This document shows positions 1 through 11,399 of a DNA stretch of 64,000 bases, one piece after another (the stretch's first letter is position 1; each line of letters begins with the position of its first letter). Origin of the DNA: Geosiphon pyriformis uo1 (Eukaryota; Fungi; Glomeromycota); the NCBI GenBank assembly GCA_016748015.1, contig JAAOMT010000129.1, forward strand, positions 1,193,650 to 1,257,649, written 5' to 3'. The notes beneath the pieces are model-generated. The model saw only the letters and a program-made list of their open reading frames with translations. It searched no databases and had not been told where the DNA came from. The translations under genes were made by a program, and so were the position numbers.

Positions 1-1148
1 ACGAAAGTGCATAGGTAAGGTTAAATCTTCGAAACTTTCATGGCGTGATCCACTCGCAAATCAATTTCTCAGTAATGAAATGGAGATGGTTAAGCAATTA
101 CCGAAAGAAGAATATGGGTCTTTCATGGTAAGTACAAAATAATTCATCTTTGTGTGGTAAAAATTCTACTTAAAATGGACATATTATAAGGGACCAGTAA
201 AATATATGCAAACACCTCCCCCTTTTTCAATCGAAACAATATGCAAAGAATTTATAATAAATTATGACGATGGTATTATGGAGATTCCTTCTCAAAAACT
301 TTCGCATGAAAATTGGCAGGAGAGGGGAATATTACGATTAAAATTCTAGGTACTTAGTAAGTATAATACTATATTTATATCCATTAATCTATTTGTAATA
401 TTAATGTTTTTATATTATAGAGGGGAGATTTGGAAAAATCCAGCTTTTAGTCGTAGATTTGCTAAAACGCAGAGTGAGGGGACATAAATGACAGATATCA
501 TTCGACACTAAAAGATTTACCAATTGGAAAATCTGCATATATTAGCAAGTGAGTAAACTTTCTTATTATTTTTTTTTAAGGATAATCTATTTACAATTTT
601 TATATTAAAGAGCAGAACGCCAAAGTGTGGCTAGCAAAGACAGAAGGGGGGAAAGAGGAAAACGTCTAGACATGATGTTCATAGTTAAACATGAGGATAA
701 AATTTATGAATTAATGTTTGCTGAATGTTCACGTATTTTTTGTAATGGGACAAAAGAAGAAGATGATAAAGTGAAACTATGGCGGGAACTTAATGATGGA
801 CTATATTGGGCGAATAGAGGGTGTGGATTAGATGAAAATGAGTTTGGTATTCTAGGGTTCCAGGTTATTAGAGAAAAATTTTATCTATGTTGTTATTCGA
901 GATCATGAAAACATAAGTCGTCTCTTTCTTTTACGATCTGTAGACTGTATTTGAGTTTGTGGAAACTTTGTTGTTATTACGAGTATGTATTCGTTTATAT
1001 TCTATTATGCATTTCACACCATTTATTTACTGATTTTTTTAATTTGTAGAAAATCTTGATCGTCAATCTGTCTTTGTTATTTAACTCTAAAGCGCATGGA
1101 AGCAACAAAAGTAGTTCGACTATATCATCTCCACCATATGATAATTAG
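1..1148 (+). pseudogene. Degenerate multi-exon gene, probably PD-(D/E)XK restriction-endonuclease-like (Crinkler-associated REase-type family); 5' end outside the window
   Basis: GT-AG introns at about 128-190, 350-420, 549-610 and 983-1049. Translation gives TQSEGT*MTDII (in-frame stop) and GKRLDMMF..YELMFAECSR..DDKVKLWRELNDG, a D...ExS...DxxK layout. Frameshifts after about 870. Family assigned from motif recall only. Confidence 0.45.
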
Positions 1149-1634
1149 AGTTCCTGTGTATTTTCTTCATCTATTTTCATATCAATAAAATATCTGCTTG
1201 TACACGTAAATCTGAATATAGCAATCTAATCAGTTTATCTCTCGCCTCATTTCTGATGATGTCTCTTATTATCCTCGGCTTTTAGATATTGGCATGGGTA
1301 TATGTGAAAGTGGATCGGTTGCACAATGCGTGTGCCACATCACTTTTCGGCAACAATTTTTGCGAAATAGATCCTTGTAGGTTTCAAAACGATAAACCTT
1401 TGAGTTTTTAGAGCATTTTATTGAAATAAAGCTGCAAATAAAATTTAGGTATATTGATCATTTAAAGTTGGTAGTTTAGCAAAAATTTCAGAGATCCAAT
1501 ATCTTTGAATGGGTGTGGTTTGGTCTAAATATCAAAAACGATTTGCCTCATAAATATTCATCTTAAAGGTTCAAAGAAGAAATTTTGTTTCACGTACTGT
1601 GTCACAATTAAAATCGTTAAATTGGTAAAAGTTT

Positions 1635-3118
1635 CTATCCCTCATCCGTTTCCATTGAATTCCGTCGGGAATTATCATCCTCCTCCCCCTCTTCCTCGTC
1701 GTCGTCATCACCAGCTGTGATCTCTTCATCAGAATCATCCTCTGGTATCTTAGGAGCACACTACATTGGCAGAGATCGCACATAGGAAAGGTTATTTAAG
1801 GTAAAATGTTTAAGAATCCACATCGAAATGAAACTCACCAGATACTCAACCAAATGAGACCCGTAAAATGGAACCTCAATATCAAACTACGTGAATTGAC
1901 ACGTCAAAAAATTTAGTGGTTAAAAAACTCACAGAAATGACGTAAAACAAAAAATGCTTTCCTCAAATTTGAGGATGTTTTGATCATCCATCTTGATGGT
2001 CGTGTTTTTGGACATGGATAACGCAATGAAGGCTGATCCAAGACATATTTTCTGGTATGTCCATTCGCGTCGAGTTGGGCACTGATGAGATTTAAGACTC
2101 GTGTTGAAATCAATCTTATAATTAGTGTTGTACAAATTTAGGAAGAGTCTTTTAAAAACATAAGTGGATTGACAGAAACACAAATTTAGTAATATACTGA
2201 CCTCAGATCCTACAGACGAATGATTTACCTCAATCTGAGTGGAAATGCGAAATTTGGGAGGATCTGGTGAGAATAGAAATGTGACTTGGAATTGTTTTTT
2301 CGTTACAATCTCTGATAACGCGGTGATCAATTTCCGAGAATCTATGGAAACAGCGCACAAATTCGGGGAGGATTCGTTAAAATTCATTCCAAAATCAAAT
2401 TGTCTTTCGTCATGGATGGTATGAATGGTAGAGGTAACGGAACATTGATATTCATCAGAGCCAATTTTCTCTGCGTCTGCCCTTTGTGTATAATGAACGA
2501 TTACAAAGTGAACCTCCTCATTAATAAACTAAATATTCAGTTGCATGGATCCAAGATTTGCAAAATTTGAAATCATACGTGATATCGATATCAGCTTCAT
2601 CATAATACTGTATTTTACATGCTTTTCTAATACCCGCAGTTGATTCATTGACACTTTTTGTCAATAAGAGAGTATTCAGTAAAGTTTTTAAATAGGCTAC
2701 ACATTTTATCGGAGCATCCTCAGAGGCACTGCAATCATAATCATCAAAATAGTCTTTTGATATTACGCAATGGACTGGATCATTAATGAAATTTCGTTAG
2801 TTATTTTTTAAGGATAAAATATTATTTAAAGAGAACTTACTTTCCCAAATTTGGGGAACCATCATAGTGAAATTCCAGCCGTGCCGATGAAATTGCAATA
2901 TGAGGGGCTTTTGAGATTTGTTAGTATGATTCGTACTGTATAATCCTAAAATTTGAAATTCTGTCTAAACACACCCAGCCTTCCTGGTCATCTTTAACAT
3001 CTTTTCTAGTATCTTTGACATTAAATGCTTGCAGAAGAATCACAAGTGGCTCAAGATCTTGCACTTTCGCAACGAAGCGTTTGGGAGCGTTATGATTAAG
3101 CAACAATTCAGCCATCAT
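1635..3118 (-). CDS. RAD1: Divergent RAD1/Rec1-family 9-1-1 checkpoint clamp subunit (PCNA fold), about 7 exons, acidic C-terminal tail
   Basis: Spliced translation: RFVAKVQDLEPLVILLQAF..HGWNFT..KDYFDDY..CVAYLKTLLNTL..FSPDPPKFRIST..ALSMSKNTTIKMDDQNILKFE/FDIEVPFYGSHLVEYL/CAPKIPEDDSDEE..*. This is collinear with RAD1 motifs (SPDKPYFRLST; ALVLSCKVSIRTD; FVEYYCCP). The first intron has a TACTAAC branch point. Confidence 0.75.
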
Positions 3119-3655
3119 ATGAATTATCCGATTTTCGGCATCGCGTTGAATGGTTGACCGCGTAATTTTTCAAAGAATTGATTGGACAATTATTGTGATT
3201 GTAGCACTTGAGTTTTATTATTAGAAGTTAGAACTTATTTGCAGGACTGTTTATTATTTTGAAGGGCTTATTAGTTATTAAGCCCCAATACCTAAAGTTT
3301 GATATGGGGAATTTCTATAAGGTTCTTCCATGATAGGCTTGCAATGTGCGTTATCGAAGGAAGTAGGGAATTCCAGAGATTTAAGAATATATGATGTTTC
3401 TATAAATCTTAACCGGGTTTCCCATTTATATTTTACTATTCTACCAAGGAAAAATTTTCATAGAATGTATAATTGTAAAAACAAAATGTTTAATGCTACA
3501 GAAAGCTAAGGTTTAGAACAAGAAGTTAAATTAAAAAAGCTAAGAATCGTAGAAATTAAGGCAAAGGATGATCACAAAAATACTAAGGATTAGATTACTG
3601 AGCGGGATATCAACCAAAACCTTGATTGAAAATGTTGAGGAATCCAATTGTCACT

Positions 3656-5625
3656 TTAATGGTGCGCCTCCACGCTTGGAGTAGGCAGATTTCTGTGTAA
3701 TGGGTTACAGATCGCAAGTGATGCATCCAAATTTTTATCAGCATCAGGAAAATAGAAGAAAGCAACAGCTATAATGAGATAAGAGGCCTAAAAATAGAAA
3801 ATATGCCTGGTTAATGAATTTTTCAAATTTCACAAATTAAGAAAGGGACATAAACACTTACGAGTAACATGATCCCTTCAAGCCAATTCGCTTTGCTATC
3901 AGCAACCAAATAGTTAACAATCAACACCGAACAGGCTAACACGGCAACTTCCAACGAAGTAAAGTCCAATGTCAAAGGTCGATCAATGAACCAACCAATA
4001 ACAACAAGCAGAGGGCCAATCAGAAGCGCAATTTGCTGTTTTAAAAAATAAAAATACCTTGCATTAATATTCAGGAAAAATATGGGAATCTAAAAAATTA
4101 GTAAACAACTTACCACTGAAGTATTAAGCACCAAACTGATAGCGGTGTCAATTTTATCCTTTGCTGCATCTTTGATCGCATGATAGTGTTCAAGAGCGTT
4201 TGATATAACTATGAATGGGATAAGATTCCGTTTTGTATATTTTAAAATGGTTGATTATAAATTGCTGAAAACTTATTTGACGAAAGTATTTACCACAAGT
4301 AGGAAGTAATACCATTCCAACGAATGAATGTCCAAGTTTATATTTATGAGATACCTTTTCAATATTTGTCACGAGATATCTAGCACAAAAAGTAATGCCA
4401 GCCATCGCAATAGCAGCTCTTTAAAATGAAAATGCACTTATTAGAATGGATGTTTGGCAGAAGGTCAATCAACTTAATTAGAAACCTACATCAGAAGGTT
4501 GAAGACAAGGAAGAATTTTGGTTCCTTTTTTTCCACTTCGGTCATATCCACCAACTTTAATTGGGTTTTTGTTAGTTCAAAATTTGTTGTATATAAAGAT
4601 ATATCAATTAAAATTTATTTAAAAATTATACCTCTTGTGCATGTGTTTTAAGTTGGAAAACGAGTAATCCAGCATAAAGCATCAAAAGTATAATAGCAGT
4701 TGCACGACTAATGTTTTGCATGTCACAATTAATTTTCTCCGCCTCAAGGGGCGCAGCGGCCTTGAATGTTGCCGGTACAACCAAGGCGAGAACAGCCAAA
4801 GCAAGAACTGAAGCACTGGTTGTCACAAACAGGCCTGCATCAATATCGGTGTTTACATTCAAAGGTTGACCTTTCTTTGGAAAGGAACTAACCAGAAAAA
4901 CTAAGCCCAAGATCTTGATATAAAAAATTCTTTTAAGTTCACGAATTCCAATGAACTCCCATAATTAAAGTACTCACCAAAAGAATATTGGACAAAATGG
5001 CTCCAAGAATGGAAGAACGAACAATTGCGTATTCTTCGTCATGTAGCGCGAAACCTAGAATAACAAGCTCCACCGCGTTTCCAGAGAATGCGTGAAGAAC
5101 AGCAGCATAAGCCTAAGAATTTAGGGCAAAAACAAGGTGATAAGGATTCATATACGAGAAGCAACTCTAAGTTGAACGTGTATTTACCTGTCCTAATCTT
5201 GCAGTTGAATCATCAATAGCTATCGTTAAGATCTTTGCCAATGGTATTATAGCCAACATGTTGAAGATAAAAATCAAAATGGCGCTGACATGTTGTTGGA
5301 GGTGAGGTAAGACAACCGCTGGTATGAAGAAAATCAACAACCAATTCGCTTTGATGCTAGTCACGACAGATTTTGTGTGGTCAAACCACACGAGAGGGTT
5401 ATGGTGAATGATGTCGCTAGTTTTTATTTTACCCATGTTAGACACAGAAGGTTTTTCTTGGTCATGTCCCAAGCCAGCACCACCATGGGCCCCCTGTCCA
5501 TGAGCGTAGCCTGTTCTATGTCTAGTTTCAGCGTGATTATTCTCAGAAGATTCTGAACCGTATGGTTGTGGCATAGACATAAATACAGATGAGTTTTCTT
5601 CACCGGGTTTTTGTGGTGATGCCAT
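3656..5625 (-). CDS. VCX1: Vacuolar Ca2+/H+ exchanger (CAX family), multi-exon
   Basis: AIIPLAK; alpha-1 repeat FSGNAVEL..GAILSNILL; ISRATAIILL..YAGLLVFQLKTH; alpha-2 LLPTCVISNALEH; QIALL..PLLVVIGW; DSKANWLEG; ends EAHH*. Introns checked are canonical GT-AG. Confidence 0.9.
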
Positions 5626-6456
5626 TTTTTTTAAAAGATTCTTTTAATAAAAATGTTCGAGATGAATAGCTCTTCAAGAGCTCTAATTTTATACCAATTG
5701 TTTGGCAAGAAAAGCTTAAAGGGTTCTTCTACTCGCTCGGTAAATTTGTATAATGTTTTTTAGATAAAAAAAAGGGAAAATAAATAAACGAAAGAAAAAG
5801 AATGCGAGATATGGGAATTCATATTTCGCAACATAAATGTATAATATATATGTGCAATTAATTGTTGTGATACAGTTGAATTCCAGACTCTGCTGATCTT
5901 CAAAGCCATTTTCAAAAATGGCCATCTAAATATTTAATTTGGTTTTTTAAAACTTTTAAAATATTGAATTATAAATATAAAAATTGTTTTTCAAACAATT
6001 TTTACTTTTAATAAATTTTAAATTTAATATGTCAAAGTTTTCGGTGACATTGTTCGCTAATAGAAGATGTCCTAATATAGTTTGAAGTAGTTTTGATCGG
6101 CTCGGGTGGCTGGTCACGTGCAGTATGCGCGACCACATTTAATGTATGACATTCATGTCATGCGGTGGTTGGACTACAACTTATTCTATTTTTTTGTTAT
6201 AACAAAGTATAATCCAATTATATGGGGCAGACTGCAACAAAACCAGACAAAGTGAACATGTGCTAAAATTAATTGATGTGGCTAGAGGATTTGACCAATG
6301 TGAATGATGAAGACTTTAGTGGCTCATGCATTAAATCATGGATTAATTTTTACATCTTTCAAGCCATATTATAGCAGATGTGATAATATTCAAAATTACT
6401 AAGTTGAAACGGACACATATTTCATATAGGCCTATCTCTATATAAAAAATATAAAT

Positions 6457-6657
6457 ATGAAACTAATTTGCATTAAATCCACCATGGAACCCAAGAATTA
6501 CAGCAGCATTAGAAGCATTTTAAAGAAAGCTCAAGGAGAAAAAATTACTCCATACATTTTTAAAATAAATGACACCAAAATTCTCCAGGAATATCTAGAT
6601 AAAGAAAAAATCACTTATGAAATTTATCTAGAAGAAAAAGTCCTAATCACGAATTAA
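6457..6657 (+). CDS. Small intronless Lys/Ile/Glu-rich hypothetical ORF (66 aa), bacterial-like; probably part of the foreign segment
   Basis: Clean ATG-TAA ORF MKLICIKSTMEPKNYSSIRSILKKAQGEKITPYIFKIND..., directly upstream of and co-oriented with the TGA-rich reading frame. Confidence 0.4.
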   Translation: MKLICIKSTMEPKNYSSIRSILKKAQGEKITPYIFKINDTKILQEYLDKEKITYEIYLEEKVLITN

Positions 6658-6798
6658 GCAAAAAAAGAAAACTAGAAATTAAATAGTATAAATTTAATTA
6701 AATGTTATAAAAATAATTATTATGAATAACATAAATGATAAACAATTATTTTTTAAAAAACAGCCAACAAAAAAGCCAAGAAATTATTAATGAATTAA

Positions 6799-7279
6799 AT
6801 GAAAATTTTAAGAAAACTAAAACCGTCGGAGATGTTAGCTCGCTTTCAGTGGTATCGACAAAATGGACTACCTAACGAAATCAATTTTTTAATCGAAAAG
6901 TTTGCTCTTGAAGAGACGGGGAAAAATCGAGGCAGAATTCAACAAATTTATTCTTGAAAATGATTTTCCTAAATTAAGAGAATAAATAGATAATGCTATT
7001 AAAACTCGTGAAGAATTAGAAAGGTTAGAAAAATTAATACCGAGGCATGGTAGCACTAATTACACAGATTTTGATGATTATTACGAGAGCGGAAAAAGAT
7101 TATGAGAAAGTCAAATTGAATCGGAAAAGGAAACACAATGAGAACGAATTCATAAAGTTAATCAGAAACTGTGAAAAGAATTTCAACCCGTTTGAGTTAA
7201 AGAATATTTAGCCCGCAAGCAATTTTATTGAAAAAATAACTTGCCTGTCGAATTAATTATATATTATAAAATATATAAG
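6799..7279 (+). pseudogene. Intronless ORF relic readable with genetic code 4 (TGA=Trp); putative Mollicutes-endosymbiont-derived gene
   Basis: MKILRKLKPSEMLARFQWYRQNGLPNEINFLIEKFALEE, then a +1 frameshift near 6925 and one TAA at 6983. The next 98 codons (6986-7279) have only five internal stops, all TGA (7103, 7139, 7172, 7193, 7229). CpGs are abundant. Confidence 0.6.
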
Positions 7280-7742
7280 TCAAATTTATAGTTTAATTTT
7301 TAAGAGTAAAAAAATTATAGGTTTTTGTAAAATCACACTTTGTCAAAACATAAAAAAAGCTTATTTTATTTTATTTTTAAATATATTAAATTAAAATTTT
7401 AATATTTAAAATCATTAATTAATTTGAATTTTAAAAAAAGTTTAACAAAATTAAATTTATTTTAAGCTTTTAAAAATGCATTTTAATTATTTTTTATTTA
7501 TATATAACTAAAATTTTATAATAAATACAGTTTATATAGTTTTAATATACAATTAATTATTTTAATATAAGTCAATAAATTTTGTAATCTATAATTTATT
7601 ACAATTAAAGACTGTTTGCAAGGTCATAAATATTTAAAAAATAGATTTTTTATTTGTTTTAAATCATATAGATCTCTTAAACAATAATAAATTTAAATAT
7701 TTTTTAAATCAAAGTACGTTTTAACATTTATAACAGAATTTC

Positions 7743-7744
<2 letters not shown>

Positions 7745-7786
<42 letters not shown>
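7745..7786. repeat. (TTA)14 microsatellite, probably the retrocopy tail
   Basis: Direct reading. Confidence 0.95.
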
Positions 7787-7787
<1 letters not shown>

Positions 7788-8095
7788 GCTTTAACAAAGT
7801 AAGATTCTTCCACTGCACGTAATCAGCCACAGGATTTATGTTAAAACATCACTAAGCATTATACAACAACTCAGCAGAAACATACAAACCACGCGCCACA
7901 CGGTTCCACACATGCGAAACATTAGAAGATTTTGGAACCAAAAATAATCCGAAATAGCTCAAATACCTAACACCAAACAAACCAATACCAGGCAAGCTAT
8001 TCAAAGCCACGGAAAACAAAGCCCTCTGGCATCCGCATCGGCAGCACATTCAAACACATGATCCGAGTATTCTACAATCCCACACCTAAACACGT
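7745..8095 (-). mobile_element. Short 5'-truncated LINE-related retrocopy with a (TAA)14 tail
   Basis: GC-richer island of about 350 bp in A/T DNA. Its minus-strand 3' end TAGTGATGTTTT..GTGGCTGATTACGTGCAG..TTAAAGCA(TAA)n resembles the 3' UTRs of the full LINEs in this window. Confidence 0.55.
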
Positions 8096-8099
8096 TTGT

Positions 8100-9340
8100 T
8101 TTAATTACAAAAAAAAACAATTAAGTTTAATTTTTTAATTATAGAATTTACAATCTTAATTTCAACAATTTTTATCTAAAATTATATTTTTTATTAGTAA
8201 TAATACCAAAAAGATTAAAATTATGTGTTAATAAAAAGTAATAATTTTAATATAAAATATTAAGTTTGCAAATTAAATAATAAAAACTTTAAATACAACA
8301 AAAAATTTAAAAAAGTCTTTTAACAATTAAATAATCCAAGTTTTAACATTTATAATAATATTAATATTCAGAAATCTTTTATTAAATATAATGTTTTTTT
8401 ACAAAGTATTAGTTTTAATAATAGCATTATTAAAAGCTTTTTTAAAATTAAAAATAATAATAACATATTTTTGCTAATAATTAAAATCAAAAAATATAAC
8501 AAATTTAATTATATATTAAAACAATTATATTACTTAATTTTAAAAGTAGTATAACCAAAAAAAATCGAATATTTCTGATCATAAAAGCATTACAAAAAGC
8601 AATATATTTTTTTTAATAAAAAAAATTTTAATATTGTTTTTTTTATTAACAAAAATAGCTTTAAAATCTTAAAATACACAATAATATATTATTACAAATT
8701 AATAAATTTCAATTTAATATTAAAAATAATATTTAAAGAAACATTATAAAATATTATAATAATAAAAATAAATTGAAAACAAAAATTATAAAAAACTTAG
8801 CAATTTTAAAATTAATTTATATTAATTTTAACAAATATGTTATTGCTATTATTGTCTAAAAATTGTTTTTAATTTTTAATATTATTTAAATAATAATAAA
8901 AACAAAAAAACAAAAGCTTAATTACTGGTTTTTGGTTAAAAATTTTTGGGCTTTTAACAATTATAACAGCAACATTAAAATTATTTAGAATAAATTATTT
9001 TAAAAAACTTTGAAAAAAAAAGTACTTTCAATTAAAGACAAAAAGTGAGTAATTAAAAACTGTTTTTATTTTATATTACTTAAAAAAAATGTTTTAACAA
9101 AGTATTATTTAATTGTTTTTACTGTTAAATGAACTTTTTAGATAAAAAAAATAAGAATTACTTTTTTACTTTTTGTTCCAGTTGTAATTGTAAAAATACA
9201 AAAAAAAATTTTTTTCAAAATAATAATACATATATTTTAAAAAACAAAGACATTTATAAATAAATAATTTTAATATTTAATTTATATATAAAACACACAT
9301 AATTAATTATAATAAATAACATTAAGAATTAATCATATTA
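8100..9340. repeat. Extreme A/T desert; decayed repeat DNA sharing blocks with 44.2-45.6 kb
   Basis: About 8410-8510 resembles about 44195-44300, and about 8650-8780 resembles about 45430-45570 (e.g. TTAAAATACACAAyAATATATTATT). Confidence 0.6.
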
Positions 9341-9457
9341 ATTTGATAATCTTTGCCAAGGTTGCATGCATAATCTGATCAGTATTTTTAAAAACTTTTA
9401 ACTAGCGGGTTATTCGTTTCAGTTTGGACCACCATACCATTGACTACAACTTCAAAT

Positions 9458-10645
9458 ATGGATATCATTCTCGAACTTGCTGATGGATACCTTTTTGATG
9501 ATTTTTACGCGTCACTTTCACCGTTTTTACCTGCTCCCATCAGAAAAAACGACACCCATTTTTTCGATACCCCTTTAAATAACTTCTCCATCCTTGCCCG
9601 AGACAACATATACCGTCAATTTACATCGCTCTTTTTCATAACCCTTATTTTCGCTGTCTTTTTCTATTTTTTCTTCGCCGGGTTGTCCTATTATTTTGTA
9701 TTTGATCATGACCTAATGAACCACCCTAAATACCTTCCAAATCAAATCCATAAAGAGATAACTCTTAGCGTGAAAGGATTTCCCTTGTTAACCCTTGTTA
9801 CCTTGCCATGGTTTCTTGGAGAGGTTCGGGGTCATTCAAGACTCTATGATAATATCAACAGTTATGGCTGGTTTTACGCGATTTTTTCTGTTGGATTTTT
9901 CTTGTTCTTTACCGATGCTTGTATATATTGGATTCATCGTTTCCTACATTATCCGTTAATCTATAAAAGATTACATAAGGTGATATTTAATTGAATTTAC
10001 ATCAAACAATACCTTTTTATTTAGATTTGATCACTCTATTTTAATAAAACTTTTTGGCCACTTCTTCAAATTCAGGCTCATCATCGTTGGATAAGTAAGG
10101 ATAAAATTTCTTTTTTTGATATTTGCTCGTTATTTCTTATTGCAGATTTCTCAATCCATTAATAATAATCCTATTTTGAACAGTTCCAACACCGTTTTCT
10201 TCGCATGCATTCAACCCCCTCGATGGCTATTTACAATCGATCCCTTACCATTTCTTTGTATTTTTATTTCCATTGCATAAATACCTCTATTTGGGCTTAT
10301 TTGTGTTTGTGAATGTGTGGACAATATTAATACATGATGGTAAACGTTGTTAATTGCGTATTTTTCATTCATTCAACAATTATATTAAGATTATTCTGTA
10401 TTACAGGGGAATTTCTTGCTTCTGGTCCTTTCATCAATGGCGCTGCTCATCACACACTTCATCATTTATATTTTAATTACAACTATGGCCAATATTTCAC
10501 AGTGTGGGATAAGATGTGTGGCAGCTACCGATTGCCGAATGAGGAACAACTGGATGAGAAATTAAGGAAAAATGATCAGATATGGGTAAAACAAGCTAAA
10601 GAGGTGGATGAATTTGATGAATTCGGGAAATTGAAAACAAATTGA
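9458..10645 (+). CDS. ERG3: C-5 sterol desaturase; exons 9458-9979, 10076-10094, about 10184-10339 and about 10407-10645
   Basis: [14 protein letters not shown] start; His boxes HRFLH, HKAHH and HTLHH; SHAFNPLDG; [11 protein letters not shown]. Confidence 0.95.
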
Positions 10646-11204
10646 AAGGAGGGAATTTTACTCTCTTTAAATTGCATTATTGGATACATTTAATCAAACT
10701 ATCAATATCTTCACGGAATATTCAATTTTACCGCGAACCATGGATTTTTTGAACTTGAACTATTTATTGATTGATTATATGCATTTGTATTTATTTATAA
10801 CTCAAAATTCCTATCGGAATCTTAATTTTTGAAAACTCTATTCTATATGAAATGCAAAAACTAAATTTACAATCCGATTGCTTCCAAAACCAAGCGAAAA
10901 TCTATTTCACGAGCTGAATCAGTATTCAAGTCTAATATTCTTATAAGTATGATTGATTATTGATCAAGCAATTTTTCGACTTGAAACTATTTTCATCAAC
11001 TCAAGCCGAAGCAATTTATGAAATCAATTTATGCTTACAAGTCTGTTTCTATACATTTGGAGCATCCACATGTCTTTATTTGACTTCCGTGTTAACTTTT
11101 TAATCATAAACTTAAGTCGGTCCAAAAGAATCGTAGATATCTTGTATCTTTCATTCTGTCCTGATGCTCAAGACATAACTTGGTCAGCAAACCCTCCTTC
11201 AATT

Positions 11205-11365
11205 GTTCTGAGAACAGGTACGCACTAAGAACCAGGAAGCAGATGGGACTGAGTTTAATTCATACTCTAGATTCGTGATTCACACGTCAAGAGCCACCCT
11301 TCTGCTAAAAAAAACAATGCTTACGGCGTAGAGGTTTCCCGGGGCTCGGCACACGGCTCGAACGA
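11205..11365 (-). ncRNA. Candidate omega-RNA (guide scaffold) of the Fanzor-like locus
   Basis: GC-rich and immediately 3' of the nuclease frame. Nested inverted repeats: 11232-11238/11336-11342, 11238-11247/11297-11306, 11265-11271/11287-11293, 11274-11277/11283-11286. Boundaries are approximate. Confidence 0.5.
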
Positions 11366-11399
11366 TTTGATGGAGAAGGGGTCTGGATAAATTGGAGAG

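Noticed and set aside
1635-3118. HUS1 or PCNA identity for the clamp gene
   Set aside because: SPDPPKFRIST and VEYLCAP fit RAD1 better.
6115-6161. CACGTG E-box and ATGACATTCATGTCAT near-palindrome upstream of VCX1; SRE-like TCGTTT before ERG3
   Set aside because: Short motifs expected by chance, with no comparative support.
6260-6370. Kinase-like fragment (KLIDVARG)
   Set aside because: Too short, with no further kinase motifs in frame.
10870-11200. Exon-like minus-strand sequence downstream of the putative omega-RNA
   Set aside because: No recognisable protein family or consistent gene model; mentioned only as a possible disrupted host gene.
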